Shown: positions 12,900 through 23,769 of the stretch, in pieces | Layout of the letters: every line of letters starts with the position of its first letter | Numbering within the stretch: the first letter of the stretch is position 1 | Assembly (NCBI GenBank): GCA_051439605.1 | Contig: JBFRWN010000044.1 | Location: 96,249-160,248 of the forward strand | Direction of reading: 5' to 3' | From: Synechococcus sp. | GTDB lineage: Bacteria; Cyanobacteriota; Cyanobacteriia; Thermostichales; PCC-7336 | DNA length: 64,000 nt | The notes under the pieces: generated by a model | Seen by the model: only the letters and a program-made list of their open reading frames with translations | What the model was told of the DNA's origin: nothing | Database searches by the model: none | Made by a program: the position numbers and the translations under genes

Positions 12900-13757
12900 A
12901 TGCGTCTTTCTATGGTTAAAAGACGGTGGTTTCTGGCAGCACTCATCACTTTTGTCACAGGCCTGTTTTACCTGGCGGCGTTTTCTGGGTCGGGCATCGG
13001 TCACTACAGCAGGGCACATGCCCAATCTACGGCAGCATCCAGCCTGGATAGCATCATCGAATCGGGGATAGTTAGAATCGCTGTCCCCCAAGATTTTGCT
13101 CCCTTCGGCTCTGTGGACATTAACGGTAATCTAGAGGGGTACGACATTGATGTGGCAACCCTGCTAGCCAAAGATTTAGGGGTGGAATTGGACCTACTTC
13201 CCGTCACTAGTGATAACCGCATCCCCTTCTTGCAAACGAACAAGGCAGACTTGGTTATTTCTAGCATGGGGGCCAATCCCGAGCGGGCAAAGTCGATCTT
13301 TTTCTCGATTCCCTACGCACCGTTTTTCTCAGGCATCTATGGTGCCGCAGCTCTCGGGGATATCGAAAACTTTGGAGATTTAGGTGGCTACACCGTCGGG
13401 GTCACCCAAGGTACCTTAGAGGATTTGGAACTCACCGATGCTGTTGGCGATGACGTGCAGATCGAGCGATTTGCCGACAACAGCCTCACTGCAGCCTCGC
13501 TCATTTCTGGCCAAGTGGACTTGATTGCCACGGGTAACGTGGTGGCAGCCGAACTATCGAAGAATAATCCCGACAAGCAGATTGAAGGAAAATTCATTAT
13601 CAAAGAGTCCCCCGCCCACATCGGTCTACGTCGCGGCGAATTGGATCTGCTGCAGTGGGTGAATACGTTTATCTACCACAAGCGATTGGGGGGAGATTTA
13701 AACGACTTTTCCCAAAAATGGTTCGGTCAGCCCCTACCCCCTCTACCTGCTTTCTAG
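12900..13757 (+). CDS. Polar amino acid ABC transporter substrate-binding protein
   Basis: Signal peptide; VPQDFAPFG, GYDIDVA, NRIPFLQTNKADLVIS (SBP family 3). Confidence 0.93.
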   Translation: MRLSMVKRRWFLAALITFVTGLFYLAAFSGSGIGHYSRAHAQSTAASSLDSIIESGIVRIAVPQDFAPFGSVDINGNLEGYDIDVATLLAKDLGVELDLLPVTSDNRIPFLQTNKADLVISSMGANPERAKSIFFSIPYAPFFSGIYGAAALGDIENFGDLGGYTVGVTQGTLEDLELTDAVGDDVQIERFADNSLTAASLISGQVDLIATGNVVAAELSKNNPDKQIEGKFIIKESPAHIGLRRGELDLLQWVNTFIYHKRLGGDLNDFSQKWFGQPLPPLPAF

Positions 13758-13803
13758 CAGCAATAAACCTCCTGTCGTCTTGCCCCCCTCTAAGTCTCAC
13801 TGT

Positions 13804-13893
13804 TATGACGACCGTGAAGTCGTTTAGGAAATCTCAGCTATCAGAGCTCCTACTGGGCATAAATTTGTTTGCCGTGGCTGAGATGACCCAAGC
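13804..13893 (+). repeat. Structured dispersed repeat, copy 1 (variant hairpin ACGAC-CGTGAA-GTCGT)
   Basis: Aligns by eye with copies at 20627, 31503 and 53725; second inverted pair ATCTCAGC/GCTGAGAT. Confidence 0.75.
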
Positions 13894-13920
13894 TAATAGA
13901 TGGGGATTTTGATAAATGGA

Positions 13921-16900
13921 TTAGGTCTCTACTGCTCCTAAAGTCTTCAGCACTGACTTTTGCGCTTGACTCAATCCCGTCACACCATCGATCGCCATCC
14001 CTTCGTAGGGGCGATCGGCGCGCAGCCGCTGCAGACAGTCCCCCGTCTCCACATCCCATATAGCAATGGTGGCATCTCGACTGCCGCTAATCAGGCGATC
14101 GCCCGAAGGCGTCAGGGCCATGGTTTGGACCCAATTGCTGTGGGCAGGCCAATTGGCCACCTGCTTTCCAGAAGATACATCCCACCACTGCACGCTGCCA
14201 TCGTTGCTGGCGATCGCCAACCGCTCTCCGCTGGGGCTAAACACGAGCGACCACACCCAACCGCTGTCCACCGCCCAGGTTTGCAAGCAGTCTCCTGATT
14301 CGATGTCCCAAATCCTTACGGTTTCATCTGTGCTCCCACTGGCGATCAGACGCCCGTCGGGGCTACAGGCTAAGGCATACACCCACCGACTGTGGCCGTT
14401 CAAGACCGCTAATTCTTCCCCGGTTGCAGTATCCCAGATGCGCACCGTTTTATCTTTGCTACAGCTGATCAGCCGCTGGCCATCGGGGGTGAAGCGAAGG
14501 TCACGCACCCAGTTTTTGTGATTCTGCAATACGCACCGAGTTTGTCCGGTGGCCACATCCCAGAGGCGGATCGTTCGATCGGTGGAACCGCTGGCCAGTA
14601 AGGAGCCGTCATGGTTCCAGGCTACAGCAATCACCCAGTTGGAATGTCCCTTCAGAACGCGGGCCACTCGACCGCTATTCACATCCCACAGCTGCACATC
14701 GGGTCCATCGCTGCCACTGGCTAAATACCGGCCATCCGGTTTCCAAGCCACGCATTGCTCTCGGTGAGCGTGGCCGGGGAGAGTACGCACTACCTGACCG
14801 GTGGCAAGGTCCCAAAGCTTGAGGGTGTAATCGGTGTGGCTGCTGACTAATAGAGTGCCGGCTGGGTTGAGTGCCACTGCCTGTACCCAGTTGGTGAAAC
14901 CATGCCATGTCTTGAGGGTGCGACCGGAGGCGGTTTCCCAGAGCTTCACGGTGTGACCTTCGCAACCGCTAGCTAGCCTTCGACCATCGGGGTTCCAGGC
15001 TACCGTCCGCACGCAGTTTGTATGACCCGGTAACGTCCTGCAGATCTCTCCGGTGGCCACTGTCCAAAGATTTATGGTGCGATCGTCGCTACCGCTGGCC
15101 AACAGGGAACCATCAGGACTCAAGCTGACAGAGCGCACCCAATGTCGGTGCCCCTTCAAAATACGAATCGGTTGCCCCGTCCTAGCATCCCAGAGGCGTA
15201 TGGTGCGATCGTCGCCACAGGAGGCAAGGAAGCGACCTTCTGGGCTGTAGCTGACAGAGCGCACCCAGCCCTGGTGCCCCTGCAGTGTTTGCTTGAGCTG
15301 ACCGGATTCGACATCCCAAAATCGTACCGTACAGTCTTCACCAGCACTGGCGAGGGTCTTACCATCGGGGCTGAACTTTACCACTCGGACGGAACGGGTA
15401 TGACCCTCCAGAACCCTCAGCAGCTCGTAGGTCCTGGGATTCCACAAACGCACCGTGGTGTCTTCACTGGCACTGGCCAACAACGTAACGGCGGGATTAA
15501 ATACAACCGATCTCACGGTGTCGGTATGGCTGCGCAGCGTCGCCAAAGTATTGCAGCTGGAAGCATGCCACAGTTTCACCGTACGATCCGCACTGGCACT
15601 GGCCAATAGGTAAGGTGCAGTATCCCCCGGACGACCTATTTTCATGGGGGCAAAGGTGACCCCCCAAATGTAATTGGCATGGCCCTGCAGGATGGCGTAT
15701 TGCTCGTTAGTACGAGTATTCCACAGGCGAATCTCGGCATTATTATCGGAAGTGGCGAGATAGTTTCCGTCGGGGGAAAAGCTCACCGAAAGAATGCTGC
15801 CAAAGGTGTTGGTAAAAACCGAGTGGGACAGATTGCAATGACTGAAATTGCTCTGTTGCAAATTAGCTTGGCGGAAATCTGCATGCCAAATGGTCAACTT
15901 AGAAAAATCATAACCAGCCAGGCTAATGCCTAAAACACTGCAAAGGTTAATCACATTCCCTGCACCGTATCCCGAACGATAGGCCACATCATTTCTCAAC
16001 CAATCAAATACCTGCAACAGTTTTTGAGTAATCGCCTGCAAAGAACCACCAGTGGACGTTAACTGGTCTGCAATCGGTTTCAGGATGAGCAGCTTCTGGA
16101 CGTCGCGGATGTATTCTGCTGCTGTAGCTTTGGTCAGGGCGACACTTTGCAGCAGAGGTAGCCCGGCAATCTCGTCCAAGTTCCCGGATAATTCTATGGA
16201 TAGGTGTTGAACGAGACGATCGGTAACATATTCCATCACAACTGGCTGTTGGGTGTAACCTCCCTCCTCCTGCTCAATCAGCGATCGCCAAGTGAGGGAT
16301 TCTAAGGTCTGCAAGACAGTGGCCCGAGACACCGCAGGCACTAAGTCCTCTGCTAGTTGTGTCAGCATGACCGGCTCGCGGGCAGTCGCCAGCCAATACA
16401 TCACGCTTTGTTCGAGAGGGGACAGGCGGATAAACTGCTGATCCAGCAATTGTCGAATCGTGTTGAACAGGGTGATGTCCTGTTCGAGGAAGGTGGCAAC
16501 ATTACCGTCGAACAAAGTTTGGATGGAGGTGGCTACAATTTTTAACGGTAGCGGGCTATTTCCGTAGCGATCGCACAGCATTTCGAGCTGTGCCTCAGTG
16601 CCCTCCAACCCCCCTCGGTGCAGCAACTCCATCGCCATATCCGCACAGCCTCCCAATTGGAGGGAACGAACGGACAAGCCCACCCCTTCCAAGGCCGCAA
16701 TTTGAGCGGGTTTCTCGCGACTGGTTAATGCAACGCAACTTTGGTGAGAGGTTTCTCCCACTAAGCGAAATAGCTTGCCATACAGCTCGTACTCCGGACG
16801 ATACCGTCCCGCTTGGCCCGCCTGCAGAAGAGTCTCAATATTGTCCAAAACAACCAGGCAACGCTGCTTGCGAAGATGATGAATGGCCCGATCTACCGTG

Positions 16901-17496
16901 GCTTCTTTATCCTGACCGTTCGACAAAAAATCAACTAACTCTATGAGGAGATCGTCCAGGGGGGGACCATTACGCAACGATCGCCAGAAAACACAATCAA
17001 ACTGCGAAGCGATTTGTTGACCTAGCTTAATGGTGAGGGAGGTTTTGCCCATCCCCGCCATCCCGAACAAGCCCACCAGCCGGCACCGATCGCCCACAAT
17101 CCACTGCTGCAGTTGCTGCAGCTCTTGCGAACGGCCATAGAACATCGAGACATCGGCAGCATCCCCCCAATCTTGGCGGCTGACGTCATTGTCGCGGGCC
17201 ACATGCATTGGGGGGGTCTCATCTGGCCGCACGTAATCGACCGCCTCAAGAGTTAGTCCAAACGCCTTAAAAAAAAACTCAATGGTTTGTCGATCGACCG
17301 GCACCCGTCGAGCCGTCACTTTTGTCAACGTGTTGGGACTGAGTCCCGTACGCTCGCTTAGCTCCTCAAGCGTAAACGAACGGCTGTAGTTGTCCCGCAA
17401 CTCAACCGCCTCGCGCGCCTGCTGCAATTTTTGCCACCCTCTTGGGCTTAAAATTACGCCCCTTTTGCGTCGAGTGCGCTTGACAGCTCCGGTCAT
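13921..17496 (-). CDS. HTH(XRE-like)-NB-ARC STAND NTPase-pentapeptide-WD40 protein
   Basis: N-terminal [33 protein letters not shown] Walker A, LVVLDNIE Walker B, TSRE, pentapeptide stretch, 14 countable WD40 repeats, C-terminal RPYEGM..GVTGL. ATG 17496 preferred over GTG 17541. Confidence 0.93.
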   Translation of the reverse strand: MTGAVKRTRRKRGVILSPRGWQKLQQAREAVELRDNYSRSFTLEELSERTGLSPNTLTKVTARRVPVDRQTIEFFFKAFGLTLEAVDYVRPDETPPMHVARDNDVSRQDWGDAADVSMFYGRSQELQQLQQWIVGDRCRLVGLFGMAGMGKTSLTIKLGQQIASQFDCVFWRSLRNGPPLDDLLIELVDFLSNGQDKEATVDRAIHHLRKQRCLVVLDNIETLLQAGQAGRYRPEYELYGKLFRLVGETSHQSCVALTSREKPAQIAALEGVGLSVRSLQLGGCADMAMELLHRGGLEGTEAQLEMLCDRYGNSPLPLKIVATSIQTLFDGNVATFLEQDITLFNTIRQLLDQQFIRLSPLEQSVMYWLATAREPVMLTQLAEDLVPAVSRATVLQTLESLTWRSLIEQEEGGYTQQPVVMEYVTDRLVQHLSIELSGNLDEIAGLPLLQSVALTKATAAEYIRDVQKLLILKPIADQLTSTGGSLQAITQKLLQVFDWLRNDVAYRSGYGAGNVINLCSVLGISLAGYDFSKLTIWHADFRQANLQQSNFSHCNLSHSVFTNTFGSILSVSFSPDGNYLATSDNNAEIRLWNTRTNEQYAILQGHANYIWGVTFAPMKIGRPGDTAPYLLASASADRTVKLWHASSCNTLATLRSHTDTVRSVVFNPAVTLLASASEDTTVRLWNPRTYELLRVLEGHTRSVRVVKFSPDGKTLASAGEDCTVRFWDVESGQLKQTLQGHQGWVRSVSYSPEGRFLASCGDDRTIRLWDARTGQPIRILKGHRHWVRSVSLSPDGSLLASGSDDRTINLWTVATGEICRTLPGHTNCVRTVAWNPDGRRLASGCEGHTVKLWETASGRTLKTWHGFTNWVQAVALNPAGTLLVSSHTDYTLKLWDLATGQVVRTLPGHAHREQCVAWKPDGRYLASGSDGPDVQLWDVNSGRVARVLKGHSNWVIAVAWNHDGSLLASGSTDRTIRLWDVATGQTRCVLQNHKNWVRDLRFTPDGQRLISCSKDKTVRIWDTATGEELAVLNGHSRWVYALACSPDGRLIASGSTDETVRIWDIESGDCLQTWAVDSGWVWSLVFSPSGERLAIASNDGSVQWWDVSSGKQVANWPAHSNWVQTMALTPSGDRLISGSRDATIAIWDVETGDCLQRLRADRPYEGMAIDGVTGLSQAQKSVLKTLGAVET

Positions 17497-17552
17497 TTTG
17501 TTCTCAAGTCGCAGTTTGCAATCTATTTTGCATATTTCCACACAAATTTCTG

Positions 17553-17576
17553 CTTAAGTTGGGATCTTAAGTTGGG
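17553..17576. promoter_or_regulatory. Direct repeat CTTAAGTTGGG x2, candidate operator
   Basis: Two exact 11-mers at 13-bp spacing, each containing the palindrome CTTAAG, about 57-80 nt upstream of the HTH-STAND start. Confidence 0.4.
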
Positions 17577-17955
17577 TTTTTTGCGTATTGTTATCTTTCT
17601 TTGCAGTTGCGAATACAAGAGTTAGGAGGGGGACAAACAAAATCGCCCGCTGTCCATAAAAAATACTACAAAAAATAAATATTTTGGCATAAATCAACAC
17701 CAGTGGACGCAAAATAGATGAGAAAAAGTCGAGTTTCTCTCATTGATGAAATCTTGGGTAATACAAGCTGTTATCTCGCCTTAAATAGCCCTCTTGTGGA
17801 GTTTGGGCACCTACAGATCTAGGTATCTCTAGCGCCTCTGTTGGTATGCGCTGTCGCAGCAGGCAAGTTTTAGCAAGCACAACGAACCAACCCGATCTGC
17901 TGCGGCCTAATACACCGAATTCTGTAGGCCATACTATTGCCCCAATCGGAAGGAT

Positions 17956-18480
17956 TCACATACCCTTGAGGTAATCGCGGTAGCCCACCTGCTGCAATCG
18001 TGCATCTTTACCCGCAACCATTTGCCGCAATTCCTGTCGGTAAGCCAACACTTGTACCTGCAATTCTGGCTGGTGGCTGGCCAGGATTTGCACAGCCAAT
18101 AGGCCAGCATTTTGGGCATTGCCAATGGCTACGGTGGCCACAGGAATTCCACGCGGCATTTGGACAATGGAATAAAGAGAATCCACTCCACTTAACGTGC
18201 TGGTTTTAACCGGCACACCAATTACGGGCAGCGGTGTCAAAGAGGCCATCATGCCGGGTAAATGGGCCGCCCCGCCTGCCCCTGCCACGATTGCTTTATA
18301 GCCTTTTGCATGGGCGGTTTTGGCAAAGTCCACCATGCGATCGGGGGTGCGGTGGGCGCTGAGGATATGAACGCTGTACGGGACCTCAAATCGATCGCAA
18401 ATATCGCAGGCTGCCGCCATTGTGGGCAGATCGGAATCGCTTCCCATGGCGATCGCAATGACAGGGGCAATATCGGTCAC
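17956..18480 (-). CDS. purE: N5-carboxyaminoimidazole ribonucleotide mutase
   Basis: MGSDSDLP, SAHRTP, AGAGGAAHLPGM, SIVQMPRGIPVATVAI. Confidence 0.98.
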   Translation of the reverse strand: MTDIAPVIAIAMGSDSDLPTMAAACDICDRFEVPYSVHILSAHRTPDRMVDFAKTAHAKGYKAIVAGAGGAAHLPGMMASLTPLPVIGVPVKTSTLSGVDSLYSIVQMPRGIPVATVAIGNAQNAGLLAVQILASHQPELQVQVLAYRQELRQMVAGKDARLQQVGYRDYLKGM

Positions 18481-18631
18481 AGGTTATCCCGCCAAAACAA
18501 CTACTTTCACAGCCCCTCCTCAGTCACTCCAGTGTCTTGCTGCTGGCGCACAGGAAGAGAGCAAAGCCATCGCTAATTTATCCAAAAACGAGGCGAGGGA
18601 AAATTGCTCAGCTCAAGTGACGTGACATACC

Positions 18632-18675
18632 AAACAAACACCTCCCCCGAGCCAAACTGGCAATCAAGGGAGGTG
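18632..18675 (-). terminator. Possible terminator after htpG
   Basis: CACCTCCC...GGGAGGTG stem with internal GCCA/TGGC pairing, then a T-rich tract on the minus strand. Confidence 0.45.
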
Positions 18676-18716
18676 AACGGAGTTGATGAGAGGGAGTTGA
18701 GCAAATACCGATCGAC

Positions 18717-20594
18717 TTAGGCCAAAGCCTTCTCAGTCAGCTTGGTCAACACATCGTTAGACCGCTGGAGGAAAGACTGCATCGTGTCTGCATCGGGGCT
18801 GCGCTGCGCCATCATGGCCAGATCGTAAATATGGTTGCAAATCAGACCCGTTAGGTCGTCACTACCCACCACTTGCCCTTTGGAAAGCTCCTGCAGGTTT
18901 TGCACCAATGGGTGGGAGGTATTCACCACCAGCGTGTGCTCGTCAGGTAGCTGAAACGCTGAGGTGTCCTGCTGCATCACCGCCGCCATTTCCTGCATGC
19001 GGCGCATAGCCTCGGGGAGAAGAATCATGGCGGGAACCGCTGCAGACTTGAGCGCCTGCGCCTTTACATCCAGTCTGTCTTTACCCAACGCTGACTTGAA
19101 CATATCCTGCAGGGTCTCGGTGCGGGTCTTGTTGGTGGTGGGATCGACAATGTCTCCGGCACTGTCCTCATCCACCAGCTTGTCATCAAGCTCGGAGTCC
19201 ACCCGCTTGAATTGGACCTCACTGTTTTCCCGCTCCAAAAAGCCGGTGAAGTGACTATCAATAAAACCATCCAGCAGCAGAACCTCAAGCCCTTGGCTCT
19301 TGTGCAGTTCGATGTAGGCACTCTGAGCAGATTCGTCGTTGGAATAGTAAACGGTCTTGTCCTGTTTCTCGCTATTGCGCTCTAAATAGTCCGCCAGGGT
19401 GACGTAGGGCTTTTGCTCCTCTGCTTCAGCCTCTAACGTGGTTTTGAACACCAAAATGTCCTTCACCCGCTGGTAGAACTTGTCGCTGTTCATGACGCCG
19501 AACTTCACGAACAGGCTAATATCAGGCCACACCTCCAGATATCGGTCATAGTCCTCTTGGTAAAGGTCGTTGAGGCGATCGCCCACTTTCTTGGCAATGT
19601 GGTCGGAGATGCGCTGGACTTTGCGATCGTTGTGTAGGTAGCTGCGAGAAACGTTGAGGGGAATGTCATTGCCGTCTACATCAATCACGCCGCGCAGGGG
19701 CATAAGGAATTTGGGAATGACTTCCTCAGCGTTGTCGGTGACGTACACCTGATCGCAGAAAAGTTTGATTTGTCCGCGGTTGGGGTCAATGTCGGGACGC
19801 AGTTTGGGGAAGTAGAGAATCCCTTTGACGATCACCGGGTAATCGGTGTTGATGTGAATCCAGAACAGTGGCTCTTCTTGGAATGGATACAGATACCGAT
19901 AAAACTCAAGATAATCCTCATCCTTGAGATCTGAAGGAGACTTGGCCCACAGCGGCTCCTGTTTGTTGACAACAGAATCACCAAAGTGGATGGGCACCTG
20001 CAAGAAATCGCAGTACTTGGTAATCAGCTGACGAATGCGAGACTCTTCTAAAAATTCATCATCCTCTTCGGTGAGGGTCAACGTAATGGTGGTGCCGATG
20101 TCGGTGCGATCGGAGTCATCCAAAGTGAATTGGGTCGAGCCATCGCAGGACCAGTGCACTGCCGCTTCATCTTGTTGATAAGACTTGGTGTCGATCTCCA
20201 CCAAGGAGGACACCATAAAGGACGAATAGAAGCCCAAACCAAAGTGACCGATAATGCCCTGTTCGTTACCATCCCCTTTGTATTTCTCGATAAATTCTTC
20301 AGCGCTGGAGAAGGCAACCTGGTTGATGTAGTTCCTCACTTCATCAGCGGTCATGCCTAAACCGCTATCGGTGATGCTGAGCTGACGCTTTTCCTTATCG
20401 ATGGCCACCGTAATCTTAGGCTCGGGCATCTCTGGGATATCTTCCCGATAGCCAATCCACTTCAGCTTGGAGATGGCATCAACCCCATTCGAAATCAATT
20501 CCCGCAGGAAAATCTCCCGGTCCGAGTACAGGGACTTTTTAATAATCGGAAAAATATTTTCGGTATGGATGCTGATATTGCCTTGTTCGTGCAT
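18717..20594 (-). CDS. htpG: Molecular chaperone HtpG (Hsp90)
   Basis: EQGNISIHTENIFPIIKKSLYS, FLRELISN, DSGLGMT, IGHFGLGFYS, IPLNVSRS. Confidence 0.98.
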   Translation of the reverse strand: MHEQGNISIHTENIFPIIKKSLYSDREIFLRELISNGVDAISKLKWIGYREDIPEMPEPKITVAIDKEKRQLSITDSGLGMTADEVRNYINQVAFSSAEEFIEKYKGDGNEQGIIGHFGLGFYSSFMVSSLVEIDTKSYQQDEAAVHWSCDGSTQFTLDDSDRTDIGTTITLTLTEEDDEFLEESRIRQLITKYCDFLQVPIHFGDSVVNKQEPLWAKSPSDLKDEDYLEFYRYLYPFQEEPLFWIHINTDYPVIVKGILYFPKLRPDIDPNRGQIKLFCDQVYVTDNAEEVIPKFLMPLRGVIDVDGNDIPLNVSRSYLHNDRKVQRISDHIAKKVGDRLNDLYQEDYDRYLEVWPDISLFVKFGVMNSDKFYQRVKDILVFKTTLEAEAEEQKPYVTLADYLERNSEKQDKTVYYSNDESAQSAYIELHKSQGLEVLLLDGFIDSHFTGFLERENSEVQFKRVDSELDDKLVDEDSAGDIVDPTTNKTRTETLQDMFKSALGKDRLDVKAQALKSAAVPAMILLPEAMRRMQEMAAVMQQDTSAFQLPDEHTLVVNTSHPLVQNLQELSKGQVVGSDDLTGLICNHIYDLAMMAQRSPDADTMQSFLQRSNDVLTKLTEKALA

Positions 20595-20626
20595 GCGTTT
20601 CAACTCCCGATCTCGCTCGTCAGTAG

Positions 20627-20712
20627 TATTGCGACCGTCAAGTCGCTAAGGATTGTCACCAGCCAAATCCCGTTACAGGCCTGGATCTAGTTGCCCAAAC
20701 TGAACTGGCTAC
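20627..20712 (+). repeat. Structured dispersed repeat, copy 2
   Basis: TATTGCGACCGTCAAGTCGCTAAGG...GATCT...CCAAACTGAA, about 33 nt upstream of the htpG start. Confidence 0.75.
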
Positions 20713-20946
20713 GTCCATCAACAAAACTTTGGTTGAACGCACTCAGGTGAATAGCATGCAACACAAATTGGTCAGAGATAGACGATATGAATAATTTCTC
20801 GGCAACTCAGGTTAGCACCCCTATTCCTGCCATCAGGGTGAAATGCCCACCCAGAACCGTAGAAAATCCCGAACCCCTAACCCCTGTCGGTATCCCACAG
20901 TACGGTTTGCTAAAATAGGAATTAGCCGACGTAGAGACTTTCGCCT

Positions 20947-21396
20947 GTGCTAACTATTCTGAGAAAGCCGGTTAAACACCGCTCAGCTTATACCCTTAGC
21001 TTTGTCTCCACACTCTATGTCAGACCGATACTCGAACTCCTAACATTAGAGGTGCCTCCATGTTGGCAGGCGGAGGTTCAGCTGGGTCTTCAAGAAGCTT
21101 TAGTCAACGCAGTTGCCCACGGCAATCAATTCGATACCAGTAAGCGCGTCACGGTCACCGTATCTTGTCATGCACCGCTCTATCAGTGGACGATCGTCGA
21201 CGAAGGCTGTGGGTTTGCCAGCCAGCACTGCTGCGATCGCCAACCCAATGCCGGTATCGACGACCGTGACGAATGCGGTCGTGGAGTTTTTATTCTCAAT
21301 CAAATTTTTGACCGCGTGGAATGGAACGAAAGCGGTAACGAACTCTGCCTGATGAAGGCAATCCATCAGACTCGTACAGACCCTCTTATTCCCTAA
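20947..21396 (+). CDS. pmgA: Anti-sigma-factor-like HATPase, PmgA-like
   Basis: LSFVSTLYVRPILELL, LGLQEALVNAVAHGN (N box), DEGCGF, ECGRGVFILNQIFD, typical of cyanobacterial PmgA. Confidence 0.8.
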   Translation: MLTILRKPVKHRSAYTLSFVSTLYVRPILELLTLEVPPCWQAEVQLGLQEALVNAVAHGNQFDTSKRVTVTVSCHAPLYQWTIVDEGCGFASQHCCDRQPNAGIDDRDECGRGVFILNQIFDRVEWNESGNELCLMKAIHQTRTDPLIP

Positions 21397-21439
21397 TCGG
21401 TCTGCTTAACGGGTTAGATACGGCTACTGGAAGTGTGCT

Positions 21440-21465
21440 CCCACTGACTAGCGGTAGTCAGTGGG
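21440..21465. terminator. Perfect 11-bp hairpin between convergent genes
   Basis: CCCACTGACTA-GCGG-TAGTCAGTGGG; no clear U-tract. Confidence 0.55.
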
Positions 21466-21732
21466 GGAGTAACGAGCGAAACAATCTAGAAAATACCAAT
21501 CAAAATTAGGGCGGTGAACAGGCAGAATAGACCGATTGAAATGGCGATCGCCCAAAAGAAGCCCTCTTCAAACGTATTTCTAGGAATTTTGGCAGGAAAA
21601 CCCATATTAGTTGCCTCATACTCATCAGTTTGCGATGACGCTCCGTTATGTCTATTGTAGAGAGTTTGTTCGGCAGAACGTAGAGACAGGAAAAACTATA
21701 GCAATCGTTTAGCCTAGGGCTGATGGACAAAC

Positions 21733-23562
21733 CTACCTAAGACGGGCCAAGCGATAAGCTCCGGCCTCCGCAATTGTTTCATAGGTGTTTGGCCCTAAGC
21801 CAAAATCATCAAAGACGTCCGTTTCCCCTAGAAGCAGTGCAGAAGGGATAGGATTGGCAGCATTTTCTGGGTTCAAGGCGCGCTCAAACTGCGAGCGCCC
21901 CGACAAGTACTGGACATTCTGTCGCATGTAAAAAGTCACGCTGGGCTTCATGAAACCAATCATGAGCATCGGTTCGTTAGACTGAATTTCTTCTGCTGCC
22001 AGCCAAGACAATTGCCTCAGGGGCAGTTGCCGCTGCCCATCCATCAGGGGAAAGGCCACAGAAACAACCACAATGACACAGGCCAGCATGCCGCCGGTAT
22101 TGGCTAAACATAGCCACTTCAAGCGATTGGTGAACACTAGTCCCACCGCCACGATCGCCGTCGTGCCCCAAATTACTCCTCCCAGTAGTGGCAGATGGGC
22201 TGCTTGAATAGCCTCCGGCAAATCTGGGGCAGAGGAGTCAGCCCCCAAAAAACTCGTCAGCATTAGGCTGCCGATGGCTAGTGCCACAAAGAACAGGATG
22301 TTGCAGACAGTTTGAATCCACATCCCAATCGAGGGCTTAGTCTGTGTTAACTCCGAAGTGCGATTGGAACTTGAAATACGATCCGACCACAGCAGCGCCA
22401 CCATAATCGCAGCAGCGGGCAACAGCGGCAGGATATAGCTGGGTAGCTTAGTCACCGAAACAGTAAAAAATCCAAAGATGGAAATGAACCACCAAAAAGC
22501 GAACAACCCCAGTTGATAGGGGCGCGATTGCTGTCTCCAAGCTCCCAATCGCCAAACTTGCAGTTGCCCAATCGCCCCAGGAAGCTCGAAGGAAAACGGA
22601 GCAAAGCCCCCCAGAACAATGAGGAAATAAAAGTACCACGGGGCCGAGTGTTTGTTCACCACACTCGTGAACCGCTCAAAGTTGTGGTAGCCAAAAAAAG
22701 TATCAATGTAGTCTGAGCCATGAATGGTACTCACCGCCAAGAACCACGGAACCGTCAAGGCGGCGATCGTCACCACCCCCCTCACTGGCAGTGCCTCACG
22801 CAGCACCTCTACCAAACGACCGGCAAACAGCAAAAACGCAACGATGGCCAATCCAGGTAACACGATCGCCACCGGGCCTTTGGTCAAAATCCCCAGACCA
22901 ATAAAGGTATAGAAGGCTAAATACCAGCACCGTTGCTTGGAACGATTTCCCTGGCACGCATAGGCATTGAAAAACGACAGCATCGAGCCAGTCATGCAAG
23001 CAGTCAGCAGCATATCCGAGACCCCCGTTCTCCCCCAGGCGACGATCAGAGGGGTGAGGGCAACAATGCAAGCCCCCAGCCAAGCTGCTGACCAATTATC
23101 TGCTGGCGGGAGCACTTGTTCTGAAGTGCGTTGAGAAAGGTCTCCCTCAACGCACTCGATGTCCCCCCGAGAGAACCCAGACCGATAGCCAAATTTGAGC
23201 AGCGAGAACGCCACCAGCACCACTACCGAAATCGCAGATAGTGCGGAGGGGAGGCGCACTCCCCATTCGTTCACCCCCACCAGCTGGTAGGCGATCGCCA
23301 TCAACCAGTAAATCAAAGGGGGTTTGTCAAAACGAGTTTCCCCGTTGAAATAGGGGGTAATCCAATCGCCAGTGACAACCATTTGCCGTGCGGCTTCGGC
23401 GAACAGCGGTTCAGTTTCGTCCACCAATCCAACCGTTCCCAGCTGCCATAGGTAGCTCACCCCACCCAGCCCAGTCACCAACGCAATTGAAATCCCCCAC
23501 AAAAAAACGGAGCTGTGGAGGAAATGGCTGGATTTGTTACGATCGCCAGCGTCAAATACCAT
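21733..23562 (-). CDS. ArnT/PMT-family (GT39/GT83-like) membrane glycosyltransferase
   Basis: LVDETEPLFAEAARQM..GDWITP, RFDKPPLIYW, RLPSA, LTKGPVA, TKLPSYILP; many TM helices. Confidence 0.9.
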   Translation of the reverse strand: MVFDAGDRNKSSHFLHSSVFLWGISIALVTGLGGVSYLWQLGTVGLVDETEPLFAEAARQMVVTGDWITPYFNGETRFDKPPLIYWLMAIAYQLVGVNEWGVRLPSALSAISVVVLVAFSLLKFGYRSGFSRGDIECVEGDLSQRTSEQVLPPADNWSAAWLGACIVALTPLIVAWGRTGVSDMLLTACMTGSMLSFFNAYACQGNRSKQRCWYLAFYTFIGLGILTKGPVAIVLPGLAIVAFLLFAGRLVEVLREALPVRGVVTIAALTVPWFLAVSTIHGSDYIDTFFGYHNFERFTSVVNKHSAPWYFYFLIVLGGFAPFSFELPGAIGQLQVWRLGAWRQQSRPYQLGLFAFWWFISIFGFFTVSVTKLPSYILPLLPAAAIMVALLWSDRISSSNRTSELTQTKPSIGMWIQTVCNILFFVALAIGSLMLTSFLGADSSAPDLPEAIQAAHLPLLGGVIWGTTAIVAVGLVFTNRLKWLCLANTGGMLACVIVVVSVAFPLMDGQRQLPLRQLSWLAAEEIQSNEPMLMIGFMKPSVTFYMRQNVQYLSGRSQFERALNPENAANPIPSALLLGETDVFDDFGLGPNTYETIAEAGAYRLARLR

Positions 23563-23769
23563 ACACACCTTTATCAGATGACAACTGTTCTTAGCGATGC
23601 TGTGCAATTCTTGAGCACATCATGAGACAGGCCAGCCATCAATGGTCAGCCATAAAACAGGATCGGTGGGCCACACCCATTAGTCAATGCACTGGAAGAA
23701 AAAAAACAGCGTTGCCATCCCCCCGTTTATAAAGTAGGAGCTACAAAGTAAGAGCTACTGTGACCGTGA

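Noticed and set aside
17820..17940. 6S RNA or other ncRNA near purE (GCAGCAG...CTGCTGC pairing)
   Set aside because: Only a short inverted pair; no recognisable 6S motifs or long rod structure.
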